Assembly: GCA_042577545.1 (NCBI GenBank)
Contig: JBHPDT010000001.1
Span: forward strand, 15,453-79,452
DNA: 64,000 nt
Direction of reading: 5' to 3'
Origin: Candidatus Omnitrophota bacterium
GTDB lineage: Bacteria > Omnitrophota > Gorgyraeia > JABMRG01
The notes below the pieces were generated by a model. The model was not told the origin of the DNA, did not search any database, and saw only the letters and a program-made list of their open reading frames with translations. Positions within the stretch are counted from its first letter, which is position 1, and each line of letters opens with the position of its first letter. The translations under genes were made by a program, and so were the position numbers. Positions 8,592 through 16,761 of the stretch are shown piece by piece.

Positions 8592-9818
8592 ATGGCAACC
8601 AACAAGACCCCCATATATTTAGATTATAACGCTACAACTCCACTCCACCCCGATGTCTTCAGAGCCATGGAGCCTTTTTTTAAGGACAAATATGGCAATG
8701 CCTCAAGCCAACATCGCAAGGGGAGGGAGGCAGAAGCTGCTCTTGAGGATTCTCGGGCAATAATAGGCAATGCTCTAGGCACTGAATCAGTTGATATTGT
8801 CTTTACATCCGGAGGCACTGAAAGCGATAACCTTGCTATAAAAGGTCTCTGTCTACGCAATAAAAGAGAAGGCGCGCACATTATAACCTCAACCATAGAA
8901 CACCCCGCTGTGCTAGAGACCTGTAAGTTTCTTGAGAAAGAGCTTGGATTTAATGTTACATATATTGGTGTTAATGAGCATGGCCTGATCAACCCTGCTA
9001 ATGTAGAGAATGCATTAACAGATAAGACTATACTCGTTACGATAATACACGCGAATAATGAGATCGGTACCATCCAGCCGATAAAAGAGATCTCCCAAAT
9101 TATCAGAGAATATAATAGTGCCTGCTGTTCGATCACCGCAAACCGCAAACCGCAAACCGCAAACAGGGTTCTCTTTCACACAGATGCTGTGCAATCATTC
9201 GGAAAGGTTTCGATAGATGTGCGGGAGCTTGGGGTCGATCTTCTTTCGATCTCAGGTCATAAGATATATGGCCCAAAGGGAGTCGGGGCCTTGTATATAA
9301 GAAAGGGCATTGAAATTATCCCCCATACTCATGGCGGGCACCATGAGAGAGGATTGCGGGCTGGAACAGATAATGTTCCTGGCATCGTTGGTCTTGGAAG
9401 AGCTGTTGAGATATTGAATAAGAACTATCATAGCAGGGAGCGCATAAGAGGTTTAAGAGACAGGCTAGAAAGATCTTTGCTAGAGGAGATTAGTGACAGC
9501 AGATTAAACGGAGATATAGAGACGAGGCTTTTTAATACATCTAATATAGGATTTAAAGGATTAGAAGGAGAGGCCCTGCTAATTAATCTAGATATGGAAG
9601 GTATCTACATATCAACCGGTTCCGCGTGTACATCACGCAGCATTACCCAATCTCATGTGCTTGAGGCTATGGGTGTTGATGAGGATTATATTAAAGGTTC
9701 AGTTAGGTTCTCTCTTGGTGAATCTAATACAGATAAAGATATAGATTATTGTGTTAGAAAGATACCCCCTCTCATAAAGCATCTTCGCAAGGCTTCAAAA
9801 ACCAGTTCGGACAAGTGA
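8592..9818 (+). CDS. nifS: Cysteine desulfurase (NifS/IscS class V aminotransferase)
   Basis: PLP-lysine motif SGHKIYGPKG, catalytic Cys loop STGSACTS, HTDAVQSFGK. Carries a repeat-encoded insertion (ITANRKPQTANR). Confidence 0.9.
   Translation: MATNKTPIYLDYNATTPLHPDVFRAMEPFFKDKYGNASSQHRKGREAEAALEDSRAIIGNALGTESVDIVFTSGGTESDNLAIKGLCLRNKREGAHIITSTIEHPAVLETCKFLEKELGFNVTYIGVNEHGLINPANVENALTDKTILVTIIHANNEIGTIQPIKEISQIIREYNSACCSITANRKPQTANRVLFHTDAVQSFGKVSIDVRELGVDLLSISGHKIYGPKGVGALYIRKGIEIIPHTHGGHHERGLRAGTDNVPGIVGLGRAVEILNKNYHSRERIRGLRDRLERSLLEEISDSRLNGDIETRLFNTSNIGFKGLEGEALLINLDMEGIYISTGSACTSRSITQSHVLEAMGVDEDYIKGSVRFSLGESNTDKDIDYCVRKIPPLIKHLRKASKTSSDK
9135..9162 (+). repeat. Intragenic heptanucleotide microsatellite (ACCGCAA x4) inside nifS
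   Basis: accgcaa accgcaa accgcaa accgcaa, four perfect copies read in frame as TANRKPQTAN. Same word as the right arms of the CGGTT elements. No left arm nearby. Confidence 0.9.
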
Positions 9819-9822
9819 TCTT

Positions 9823-10632
9823 ATGCTGATTGAGACACACGCTCACCTGGATTTTCCTGAATATAATAATGATCTCGATGATGTTATAAAGAGATCGAAG
9901 GAAGCTGGTGTAGAATATATTATCAATGTAGGCGCAAACATGGAAGGATCTTTGGCATCTGTTGAACTTAGTCGCAAGTATGATATGATCTTTGCCAGTT
10001 GCGGCATTCATCCTCATGATGCCTCAACTGTAAATAAGCAGAATATAGAAAAAATAAAGGATCTAGTAGGTGAATCTAAGAAGGTAGTTGCCATAGGGGA
10101 GATCGGCCTTGATTTTTATAGAAATCTTTCACCAAGAGATAAACAACTAGAGGTCTTTGAAGAATTTGTTCTATTGTCAAAAGAATGCGACCTTCCGTTA
10201 ATACTCCATTGCAGAGAAGAAGGGCCGAGCAAAAATGAGGCTTCAGAGTTAATATTTAAGATATTGGACAATAATCTTAAGAGACCCTTTAAGGCTGTAA
10301 TGCACTGTTTCTCTCAGAATGAAGATGTATTAAGAAAGTGCCTGGATCGGGGAATGCATATCTCTTTTACCTGTAATATTACTTATCCAAAGGCTGAGGA
10401 TTTAAGAGAGGTTTTAAAGTCCGTACCTTTAGATAGGCTCTTACTTGAGACTGATTCGCCCTTTCTATCGCCTCAAGTTCACAGGGGTAAGAGGAACGAG
10501 CCAGCATATTTGAGATATCTGGTAGATGAGATTGCGAGCGTCCTAAATATGCAAGCCTCAGAGATAGAGCGAATAACCACAGAAAACGCCAAGAAATTCT
10601 TTTGGGGACGTGCACAAAGGGGACAGGCTTGA
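9823..10632 (+). CDS. tatD: TatD-family metal-dependent hydrolase
   Basis: N-terminal IETHAHLDF, internal GEIGLDF, C-terminal LETDSPFL motifs. The last 10 codons plus stop lie in repeat arm 10603-10634. Confidence 0.85.
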   Translation: MLIETHAHLDFPEYNNDLDDVIKRSKEAGVEYIINVGANMEGSLASVELSRKYDMIFASCGIHPHDASTVNKQNIEKIKDLVGESKKVVAIGEIGLDFYRNLSPRDKQLEVFEEFVLLSKECDLPLILHCREEGPSKNEASELIFKILDNNLKRPFKAVMHCFSQNEDVLRKCLDRGMHISFTCNITYPKAEDLREVLKSVPLDRLLLETDSPFLSPQVHRGKRNEPAYLRYLVDEIASVLNMQASEIERITTENAKKFFWGRAQRGQA

Positions 10633-10738
10633 GCGCAAAAAAAGTTGAAAATTCAATAGAAAGTTTAAGATGAGTATTATTTTATCTAAGTTTTTGAAAA
10701 AATTATGCTCAAACCTGTCCCCTTTAGGACCGTCCCCA
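10603..10738. repeat. 136-bp MITE-like element with 32-bp terminal inverted repeats
   Basis: IR-L tggggacgtgcacaaaggggacaggcttgagc (10603-10634). IR-R gctcaaacctgtcccctttaggaccgtcccca (10707-10738), whose reverse complement is tggggacggtcctaaaggggacaggtttgagc. AT-rich 72-bp interior. Confidence 0.8.
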
Positions 10739-11785
10739 TTAAGAAGAATAATTAGGAACAACCGACTCTATGCTTGGATGATAATCTTTATTGTTCTTCT
10801 TCAGACATCTGCTCTAATGGTTGATGGCGGTATGCAAAAGGAAGATAAGGCTGCTGCCAGGCTGGAGTTTAAGGTTCAATCTCAAGAAAGGCAGGCAAAA
10901 GTTAGGGAGGTCCTTGAGAAAGATCGCGCACTTGCAATAGTTATAGGTTCTGTCTCACTTTTTGTGATGACTCTGCTTATAATAGGTTTTGCACTCCTAA
11001 TCTATTATTATTCCCAAAAGAGGTTTAGCGGATCTGAATTGATACCCCATACTTTGGGAAATATAGCCCCATCCTGGACTCTCGGGGATGTAATAAGGGT
11101 AGTTATTCTTTTTATTTTTTTTAATTATCTATTTTCAATATTATCTTATACGTTAAGCGGTATCTTATCTATAGAATCTCTGGATAAGCGGACATACATG
11201 ACCGCATCCACAACATTGATGGATATTCTAGCTCTTTTGTTTGTCTTGAGATTTGTTACTGTAAAATATTCCCAACCTATCGAGGCGCTGGGTCTTTCAC
11301 TTAAAGATATTATGGGAAATATAAAGATCGGTTTATACGCATATATAGGTTTTCTTCCAGTTCTTGCGATAACTTTTTTAGTAGTTCTAGCTATGGTTAA
11401 GATAACAAATTATGATCCTGTACCCGCGCCTGTGTATGATCTTATATTCAAAGAGAAGAGGCCTATTCTTCTGATAGTGATTTCTGCTCTAATAGCATTT
11501 ATAGGACCCTTTATTGAGGAAGTCTTTTTCAGGGGTTTTTTGTATGGAGCGCTTAAGAAGAGACTTAATGTCAGATGGGCGATTTTTTTGAGCGCGTTAG
11601 TATTTTCTACTCTGCATACTAATGTTCTGGGTTTTGTGCCGATTTTAGCGCTTGGAATATTTTTTGCGTATCTGAGGGAGAAGACAGGCTCGCTGGTTCC
11701 GTCGATAGCGGTGCACGTAGTACACAATAGCGCGTTAACTTCTCTCATGTTTTTTATAAGATACATAACATCTCGAATCACCTAG
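10670..11785 (+). CDS. CPBP-family intramembrane glutamic endopeptidase (CAAX protease-like)
   Basis: Multi-TM protein with EEVFFRGF (EExxxR) and HVVHNS (HxxxN) motifs. The listed start lies inside the MITE-like element. An alternative in-frame ATG at 10778 is equally plausible. Confidence 0.75.
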   Translation: MSIILSKFLKKLCSNLSPLGPSPLRRIIRNNRLYAWMIIFIVLLQTSALMVDGGMQKEDKAAARLEFKVQSQERQAKVREVLEKDRALAIVIGSVSLFVMTLLIIGFALLIYYYSQKRFSGSELIPHTLGNIAPSWTLGDVIRVVILFIFFNYLFSILSYTLSGILSIESLDKRTYMTASTTLMDILALLFVLRFVTVKYSQPIEALGLSLKDIMGNIKIGLYAYIGFLPVLAITFLVVLAMVKITNYDPVPAPVYDLIFKEKRPILLIVISALIAFIGPFIEEVFFRGFLYGALKKRLNVRWAIFLSALVFSTLHTNVLGFVPILALGIFFAYLREKTGSLVPSIAVHVVHNSALTSLMFFIRYITSRIT

Positions 11786-11787
11786 TT

Positions 11788-11833
11788 AAGCTCGGACCTT
11801 GAGCACGGGTGGTCGTGCTCAAGGTCCGAGCTT
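11788..11833. other. Perfect 20-bp GC-rich stem-loop between the CPBP gene and mtnA
   Basis: aagctcggaccttgagcacg - ggtggt - cgtgctcaaggtccgagctt. Not followed by a T-run. The RBS aaggaag of mtnA follows. Confidence 0.85.
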
Positions 11834-11852
11834 GATTAAGAAAGGAAGAATA

Positions 11853-12893
11853 ATGAGGGTTAAGACTCTAGAGTATAAGAAGAATAAGCTTAAGATTATA
11901 GATCAGAGACTGTTACCTGCGAATTATATTTGTGTGGAGTGTAATAATATAAAGGATGCGTATAAACAGATAAAGACATTGGCTGTTAGAGGCGCGCCAG
12001 CCATAGGTGTATTTGCCGCATATGGTCTGTGCGTTGGCCTAAAGGAGATAAAAAATTCTACTAGTAAGAGATCATTTTTTAAGCGATTTAATGAGATGGT
12101 AGATTATCTTAAGGGAAGCAGACCTACAGCAGTAAATCTATTTTGGGCACTTGATAGGATGAAGCACATTGCTTACAAATACGAAGAGAAGTCTGTAAAA
12201 GAGATAAAGGACATCTTGCTTTGCGAAGCCAAGAGACTTCACAAAGAGGATGAACTTATGTGCGATTTAATAGGTAAGAATGGATCAAGACTTATCAAAT
12301 CAGGTGATTCCATACTTACGCACTGTAATGCCGGTGCGTTGGCAACGGCAGGAGATGGAACCGCACTTTCAGTTATCTATAGGGCGAGTGAGGCAGGTAA
12401 AAAGATCAGGGTCTATGCTGATGAGACCAGACCCCTTTTGCAGGGAGCCCGGTTAACAGCCTGGGAACTTAAACAGAGAGATATAGATGTCACTCTAATA
12501 TGCGATAATATGGCAGCTACGGTTATGAGGCAGAAGAAGGTAAACAAGATAATAGTTGGCGCTGACAGGATAGCGGGCAATGGTGATGTCGCTAATAAGA
12601 TCGGAACATATGGTTTGGCGGTACTAGCTAAAGAGCATAATATACCCTTCTATGTAGCGGCTCCTAGTTCAACCTTTGATCTAAAGTTAAAGAGCGGAAG
12701 CGATATTCCGATAGAGAATAGAGATGCTGATGAGGTAAGAAGATTAAGGGGCGTTTGGATCGCACCGAAGAATATAGAAGTGTTTAATCCTGCGTTTGAT
12801 GTTACACCTAGCCGCTATATAAGTGCTATAATAACGGAAAAAGGTGTATTCAGGAAGCCGTACGGAAAGGCGTTAAAAAAAATGGCGCAATGA
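11853..12893 (+). CDS. mtnA: S-methyl-5-thioribose-1-phosphate isomerase (eIF-2B alpha/beta/delta-like family)
   Basis: AVRGAPAIG, HCNAGALAT, GADRIAGNGDVANKIGTY motifs. Start moved to ATG 11853 (RBS aaggaag) because the 18 upstream codons of the listed ORF are the palindrome at 11788-11833. Confidence 0.8.
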   Translation: MRVKTLEYKKNKLKIIDQRLLPANYICVECNNIKDAYKQIKTLAVRGAPAIGVFAAYGLCVGLKEIKNSTSKRSFFKRFNEMVDYLKGSRPTAVNLFWALDRMKHIAYKYEEKSVKEIKDILLCEAKRLHKEDELMCDLIGKNGSRLIKSGDSILTHCNAGALATAGDGTALSVIYRASEAGKKIRVYADETRPLLQGARLTAWELKQRDIDVTLICDNMAATVMRQKKVNKIIVGADRIAGNGDVANKIGTYGLAVLAKEHNIPFYVAAPSSTFDLKLKSGSDIPIENRDADEVRRLRGVWIAPKNIEVFNPAFDVTPSRYISAIITEKGVFRKPYGKALKKMAQ

Positions 12894-12896
12894 CAG

Positions 12897-13769
12897 GTGA
12901 AAGATATGAACGAGTTTGATATTATAAATAAGATTACTCGCGGCATAAGAACCGATAGCTCTGTCATAAAGGGGGTAGGCGATGACTGCGCTGTGATAAA
13001 GTTTACAAACAGGGAACACCTCCTATGCGCAACTGATATGATAATAGAGGGTGTTCATTTTAAGAAGAATGCTGCGCCAGAATCTATAGGGCATAAAGCC
13101 TTGGCTGTTAATATCTCTGACATAGCGGCGTGTGGAGGTATCCCTAAATGGGCGGTTGTTTCTGTTGGTTTTCCAAAGAATATTAAATATGGATATATCG
13201 ATAGAGTATTTAAGGGGCTTAGGAGACTTGCTGGCAGATATGATATAAATATAGTCGGGGGTGACACAAACTCATCCAATAAGATAATCGTTTCAGTAAC
13301 TCTTTTAGGAGTAGTAAAAACGAATCATCTAGTGTTAAGATCCACCGCTAAGGATAAAGACGCGATAGTTATTACAGGAGCGCTGAAATCAAGGCCAGAT
13401 GATCTTACGTTTATTCCACGCCTTAAGGAATCACGTAAGCTGGTTAAGGACTTAAAGATTAATTCCATGATAGATATATCAGATGGATTTCTATCAGACC
13501 TTACACATGTTTTAGAATCGAGTAATAAGTCAGCTATAATTTATGAATCTTTAATACCGAATATATCGAAGAGATTGCCCGCATCTAAACTGCTGAACAC
13601 TGGCGAGCAGTTTGATCTACTATTTACTATACCGAAATCTCAAATAAAAAAGTTGCCAAACCATTGTATTGTTGTTGGCGAAATAGTAGATGGTAATAAA
13701 GAGATCACGCTTGTTACTAGAGAAGGAAGACGTTCGCGTGTTAAGCCATTAGGCTATAGACATTTTTAA
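12897..13769 (+). CDS. thiL: Thiamine-monophosphate kinase
   Basis: AIR-synthase-related motifs GVGDDCAVI, ATDMIIEGVHF, VGGDTN. Confidence 0.85.
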   Translation: MKDMNEFDIINKITRGIRTDSSVIKGVGDDCAVIKFTNREHLLCATDMIIEGVHFKKNAAPESIGHKALAVNISDIAACGGIPKWAVVSVGFPKNIKYGYIDRVFKGLRRLAGRYDINIVGGDTNSSNKIIVSVTLLGVVKTNHLVLRSTAKDKDAIVITGALKSRPDDLTFIPRLKESRKLVKDLKINSMIDISDGFLSDLTHVLESSNKSAIIYESLIPNISKRLPASKLLNTGEQFDLLFTIPKSQIKKLPNHCIVVGEIVDGNKEITLVTREGRRSRVKPLGYRHF

Positions 13770-13783
13770 GAAATGACTAGATT

Positions 13784-14236
13784 ATGTTAACCACAGACAT
13801 GAGCCAGACAAAAGATTTAGGCCGAAAGATCGCAGGTCTATTAAAACCCGGGGATGTCCTAGCTCTTACAGGTGATTTAGGAGCTGGAAAGACGACATTT
13901 ACCAAAGGCATTGCAAAGGGCCTTGGGGTAGATAACCCTGATTATGTGAATTCCCCGACCTTTGTATTGGTAAAGGAATATGCAGGTCGCGCAAATCTCT
14001 ATCATTTTGATTTTTATAGGATCAATAATGCGTCTGAAGTAGAATATCTTAGTCCCCAGGAGTATTATGATAAAGGTGGGATAGTGGTTATAGAGTGGGC
14101 GGAGAAGTTTAAAGAGCTTCTCCCTGATGAGTACCTGCATGTTATCATAAATATTAAGAGCGAGAAAGAAAGAGAGTTTAAATTTAAAGGCCATGGCAAA
14201 AGATATCTTAACCTTATCAGTAGATACCTCAAGTAA
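13784..14236 (+). CDS. tsaE: tRNA t6A37 threonylcarbamoyl-transfer ATPase TsaE
   Basis: P-loop GDLGAGKTTFTKG, SPTF, HFDFYR motifs. 150 aa. Confidence 0.85.
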   Translation: MLTTDMSQTKDLGRKIAGLLKPGDVLALTGDLGAGKTTFTKGIAKGLGVDNPDYVNSPTFVLVKEYAGRANLYHFDFYRINNASEVEYLSPQEYYDKGGIVVIEWAEKFKELLPDEYLHVIINIKSEKEREFKFKGHGKRYLNLISRYLK

Positions 14237-14894
14237 GAGATTCAGCATAGCATTGCTTGAGAACGATCTCTTAATAGATGAGATCGAATCGGGGGCTAAT
14301 AATAGTCACTCCTCCCAGCTCATCCCCGAGATCGATAAGATGCTATTGAAAAACTTACGCGGCATAAAGGATATCGATCTGTTTTGTGTCGGATTAGGAC
14401 CAGGTTCTTTTACCGGCTTACGGATAGGCCTTACTATTATGAGGGGTTTTGCGCTCTCTCTGAAGAGACCCATTATTGGTATACCCAGCATTGATAGCTT
14501 GGCATTTAATGTCTTGGGTCACCAAGGCCTTATCTGTCCAATAATAGACGCAAAACAGCATAAGGTCTACGCGAGATTTTATGAGTGCAAAGATCAGGAA
14601 GTAAGGTCTAAGGGCAAGATTCTTCTTACTCCTATCGCGGATTTACTGAAAAGCATAAAGAGGAATGTAATATTCCTGGGTGATGGATTATCTATATATA
14701 AAGATGATATAATAAGTAAAAAGTCTAGCCTGGCAGTATTTGCGCCAGAGACGACATGGTATCCAAAGGCGGCAATAATAGGACGATTGGGCGTAGATAG
14801 ATTTAGATCTGGCGGCAAGGATAATGTTTTTAATCTCACACCACTCTATATTTATCCGAAGGAATGCCAGGTGGCTACGCGGAAACAAAGGTAA
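14193..14894 (+). CDS. tsaB: tRNA t6A37 protein TsaB
   Basis: ASKHA-fold N-terminus ILTLSVDTSS, GPGSFTGLRIG. Overlaps tsaE by 44 nt. Confidence 0.8.
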   Translation: MAKDILTLSVDTSSKRFSIALLENDLLIDEIESGANNSHSSQLIPEIDKMLLKNLRGIKDIDLFCVGLGPGSFTGLRIGLTIMRGFALSLKRPIIGIPSIDSLAFNVLGHQGLICPIIDAKQHKVYARFYECKDQEVRSKGKILLTPIADLLKSIKRNVIFLGDGLSIYKDDIISKKSSLAVFAPETTWYPKAAIIGRLGVDRFRSGGKDNVFNLTPLYIYPKECQVATRKQR

Positions 14895-15012
14895 ATTAAA
14901 AAATCAAAAGTAAAAATGCAAAATTACAGTTCAAAATTCAAAAATTGAAACCACAAAAAAATTTTAAATTTTTAATTTCATTTTTTAATTTTTATTTTTT
15001 CATTTTTAATTA
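14894..15012. repeat. Heptad-periodic palindromic element, A/T-only word
   Basis: Left aaattaa aaaatca aaagtaa aaatgca aaattac.., right ..ttttaaa tttttaa tttcatt ttttaat ttttatt. The outer aattaaaaa / tttttaatt pair. Confidence 0.75.
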
Positions 15013-15026
15013 ACTCGGAGAGAACG

Positions 15027-16148
15027 ATGAAGTTTTACCGCCCGACATGGGCCGAGATAGACCTAAACGCTGTCGATCACAACCTCAAGGCAATAAAGAG
15101 ATTGCTTAAGAGGGGGACAAAAGTCCTTGTAGCGGTAAAGGCGAATGCCTACGGTCATGGTATATTAGAGGTCTCAAAGAGGCTCATAAGATCAGGGGTA
15201 GATTATCTTGGAGTAGGAACTACTGATGAGGCTGTACTTCTAAGAAAAGCAAAGATTAATGCCCCTATTTTAATATTAGGGTCTGTTTTAAAGAGTGAGG
15301 TCGAGGCAATTACTAAATATAAGATAATGCCAACTATCGGTGATATGGAGTTTGCAAAATATCTTAATAGATCTTGCGCATCCAAGAGAACGAAGATAAG
15401 AACGCACGTGAAGATAGATACGGGCATGGGTAGAATAGGTATATGGCATAAAGAGGCGATAGATTTTATGAGAAGATTAGTTCTGCTCAAAAATATTGAT
15501 GTAGAAGGTATATATACTCATTTCCCAAGCGCTGATGAGGATGAGCTAATGACTAAACAGCAGATAAGAGATTTTTCTTTGCTGCTTGAGGAGATCGAAG
15601 AACTAGGCATAAGTATGAAATTTAGACATATGGCAAACAGCACGGCTTTATTAGATTATAAGCAATCTCATATGAATCTTGTCAGGCCCGGACTTTTGAT
15701 ATATGGCATATCCCCGTCAGATAGATTCTCTAATGGAAAGATCAAGCTAAAGAGGGCTCTAAAGCTTAAGAGTAAGATAGTATTCTTAAAAGATGTAGGG
15801 CCTGGTCGAAAGATAAGCTATGGTGGAACCCATATAACATCTTCTCACACAAAGATAGCTACAATCCCCATAGGATACGGTGATGGACTTAGCAGAAGAC
15901 TTTCAAATAAGGGCCACATTCTTGTAAAAGGAGTAAGAGCTCCGATACTGGGGCGGGTTTGCATGGACCAGATCATGGCAGATGTTGGCAGCGTTCCAGA
16001 TGTCAAAGTAGGTGATGAGATCGTATTAGTAGGTAGGCAGAGAGCTGGCGAGATTAGTGTTGAAGAGATAGCGAAACTTTGTGATACCATACCCTACGAG
16101 ATAACGTGTGCTCTAGATAGCAGGATTCCTCGCGTTTATGTGAGGTAA
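15027..16148 (+). CDS. alr: Alanine racemase
   Basis: PLP-lysine motif VAVKANAYGHG. Conserved C-terminal beta-domain (VCMDQIM). Confidence 0.9.
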   Translation: MKFYRPTWAEIDLNAVDHNLKAIKRLLKRGTKVLVAVKANAYGHGILEVSKRLIRSGVDYLGVGTTDEAVLLRKAKINAPILILGSVLKSEVEAITKYKIMPTIGDMEFAKYLNRSCASKRTKIRTHVKIDTGMGRIGIWHKEAIDFMRRLVLLKNIDVEGIYTHFPSADEDELMTKQQIRDFSLLLEEIEELGISMKFRHMANSTALLDYKQSHMNLVRPGLLIYGISPSDRFSNGKIKLKRALKLKSKIVFLKDVGPGRKISYGGTHITSSHTKIATIPIGYGDGLSRRLSNKGHILVKGVRAPILGRVCMDQIMADVGSVPDVKVGDEIVLVGRQRAGEISVEEIAKLCDTIPYEITCALDSRIPRVYVR

Positions 16149-16173
16149 GAGTTGGGAGCAGGGAGTTAGGAGT

Positions 16174-16240
16174 AAATGGGGACGGTTCTGGTTTTTATTC
16201 GCGGTAACAGCGAAAAACCAGAACCGTCCCCATTTTATTC
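16174..16240 (+). terminator. Long perfect hairpin after alr, probable intrinsic terminator
   Basis: aaatggggacggttctggttttt (16174-16196) pairs perfectly with aaaaaccagaaccgtccccattt (16213-16235), with a 16-nt loop. Followed by the T-rich ttattcttt. Confidence 0.7.
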
Positions 16241-16276
16241 TTTAAAAAATTTTTCTTAATTTTCAACATTTTTTGT

Positions 16277-16308
16277 GCTCAGACCTGTCCCCTTTAGGAC
16301 CGTCCCCA
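16277..16308. repeat. Solo copy of the 32-bp inverted-repeat arm seen at 10707-10738
   Basis: gctcagacctgtcccctttaggaccgtcccca differs from the 10707-10738 arm at 2 positions. Upstream similarity also extends (tttt..a..ttttt.tgctca). Confidence 0.85.
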
Positions 16309-16347
16309 ATTACTATCAAATAAAAGTTTACTTTTTGCAAAATAGAA

Positions 16348-16387
16348 GAATTCGTGAGATTTTACGAGAATTCGTGAGATTTTACGA
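16348..16387 (+). promoter_or_regulatory. Perfect tandem 20-mer (x2), candidate operator/activator site upstream of the pilus operon promoter
   Basis: gaattcgtgagattttacga repeated twice without a gap. Each unit contains tcgt-N8-acga dyad symmetry. It ends 32 bp upstream of the -35 box at 16420. Confidence 0.6.
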
Positions 16388-16419
16388 GTTTTTTGTTTAA
16401 AAATGGTATAAATACAACC

Positions 16420-16448
16420 TTGACCAATTAGCCCAGATACTATATATT
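16420..16448 (+). promoter_or_regulatory. Sigma70-type promoter of the MerR-like/pilus operon
   Basis: TTGACC (16420-16425), 17-nt spacer, TATATT (16443-16448). Confidence 0.55.
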
Positions 16449-16541
16449 CACATCATAGTATATCAAATGCTATCAGGTACTGCCTGAGCCGATTATCTAT
16501 AACAGGCGGTTTTAACCTGCTACAGTTTTAGGAGGATCTAT

Positions 16542-16730
16542 ATGAAAGCCGATAGATATTATTCTGCCAAGGAGGTTGCTAGGCTCTTGAGTATCTCTAA
16601 ACAGACATTGGTCAGGTATGAGTCTAAGGGTATATTTCCAAAGGCACGACGGAATAATGTAAATAGCTGGCGTGAGTATACGATAAGTGACGTAAACCAT
16701 CTTAGAAAAATTATGGGAAGATCAGCCTGA
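16542..16730 (+). CDS. Small MerR/excisionase-type helix-turn-helix protein
   Basis: 62 aa. HTH YSAKEVARLLSISKQTLVRYESKGIFP with no effector domain. RBS aggagg. First gene of the pilus cluster. Confidence 0.6.
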   Translation: MKADRYYSAKEVARLLSISKQTLVRYESKGIFPKARRNNVNSWREYTISDVNHLRKIMGRSA

Positions 16731-16761
16731 TGGCCTACCTTAGCTATCGGGGGAATTTAAT

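Noticed and set aside
8624-9148. 174-aa minus-strand ORF opposite nifS. Similar cases are 42765-43115, 42929-43225 and 43883-44356 opposite ilvD, 48426-48887 opposite leuA, and 7658-8068 opposite metG.
   Set aside because: All are nested antisense to CDS with strong family motifs. None has a start context or a recognisable domain. I treat them as shadow ORFs.
11799-11852. N-terminal extensions of listed ORFs: mtnA from 11799, pilD from 50698, HEAT protein from 54734
   Set aside because: The extra codons are encoded by palindromic or repeat DNA (perfect 20-bp stem, GC hairpin, GAGATAC arrays). Downstream in-frame starts (11853, 50755, GTG 54815) have good RBS and give canonical N-termini.
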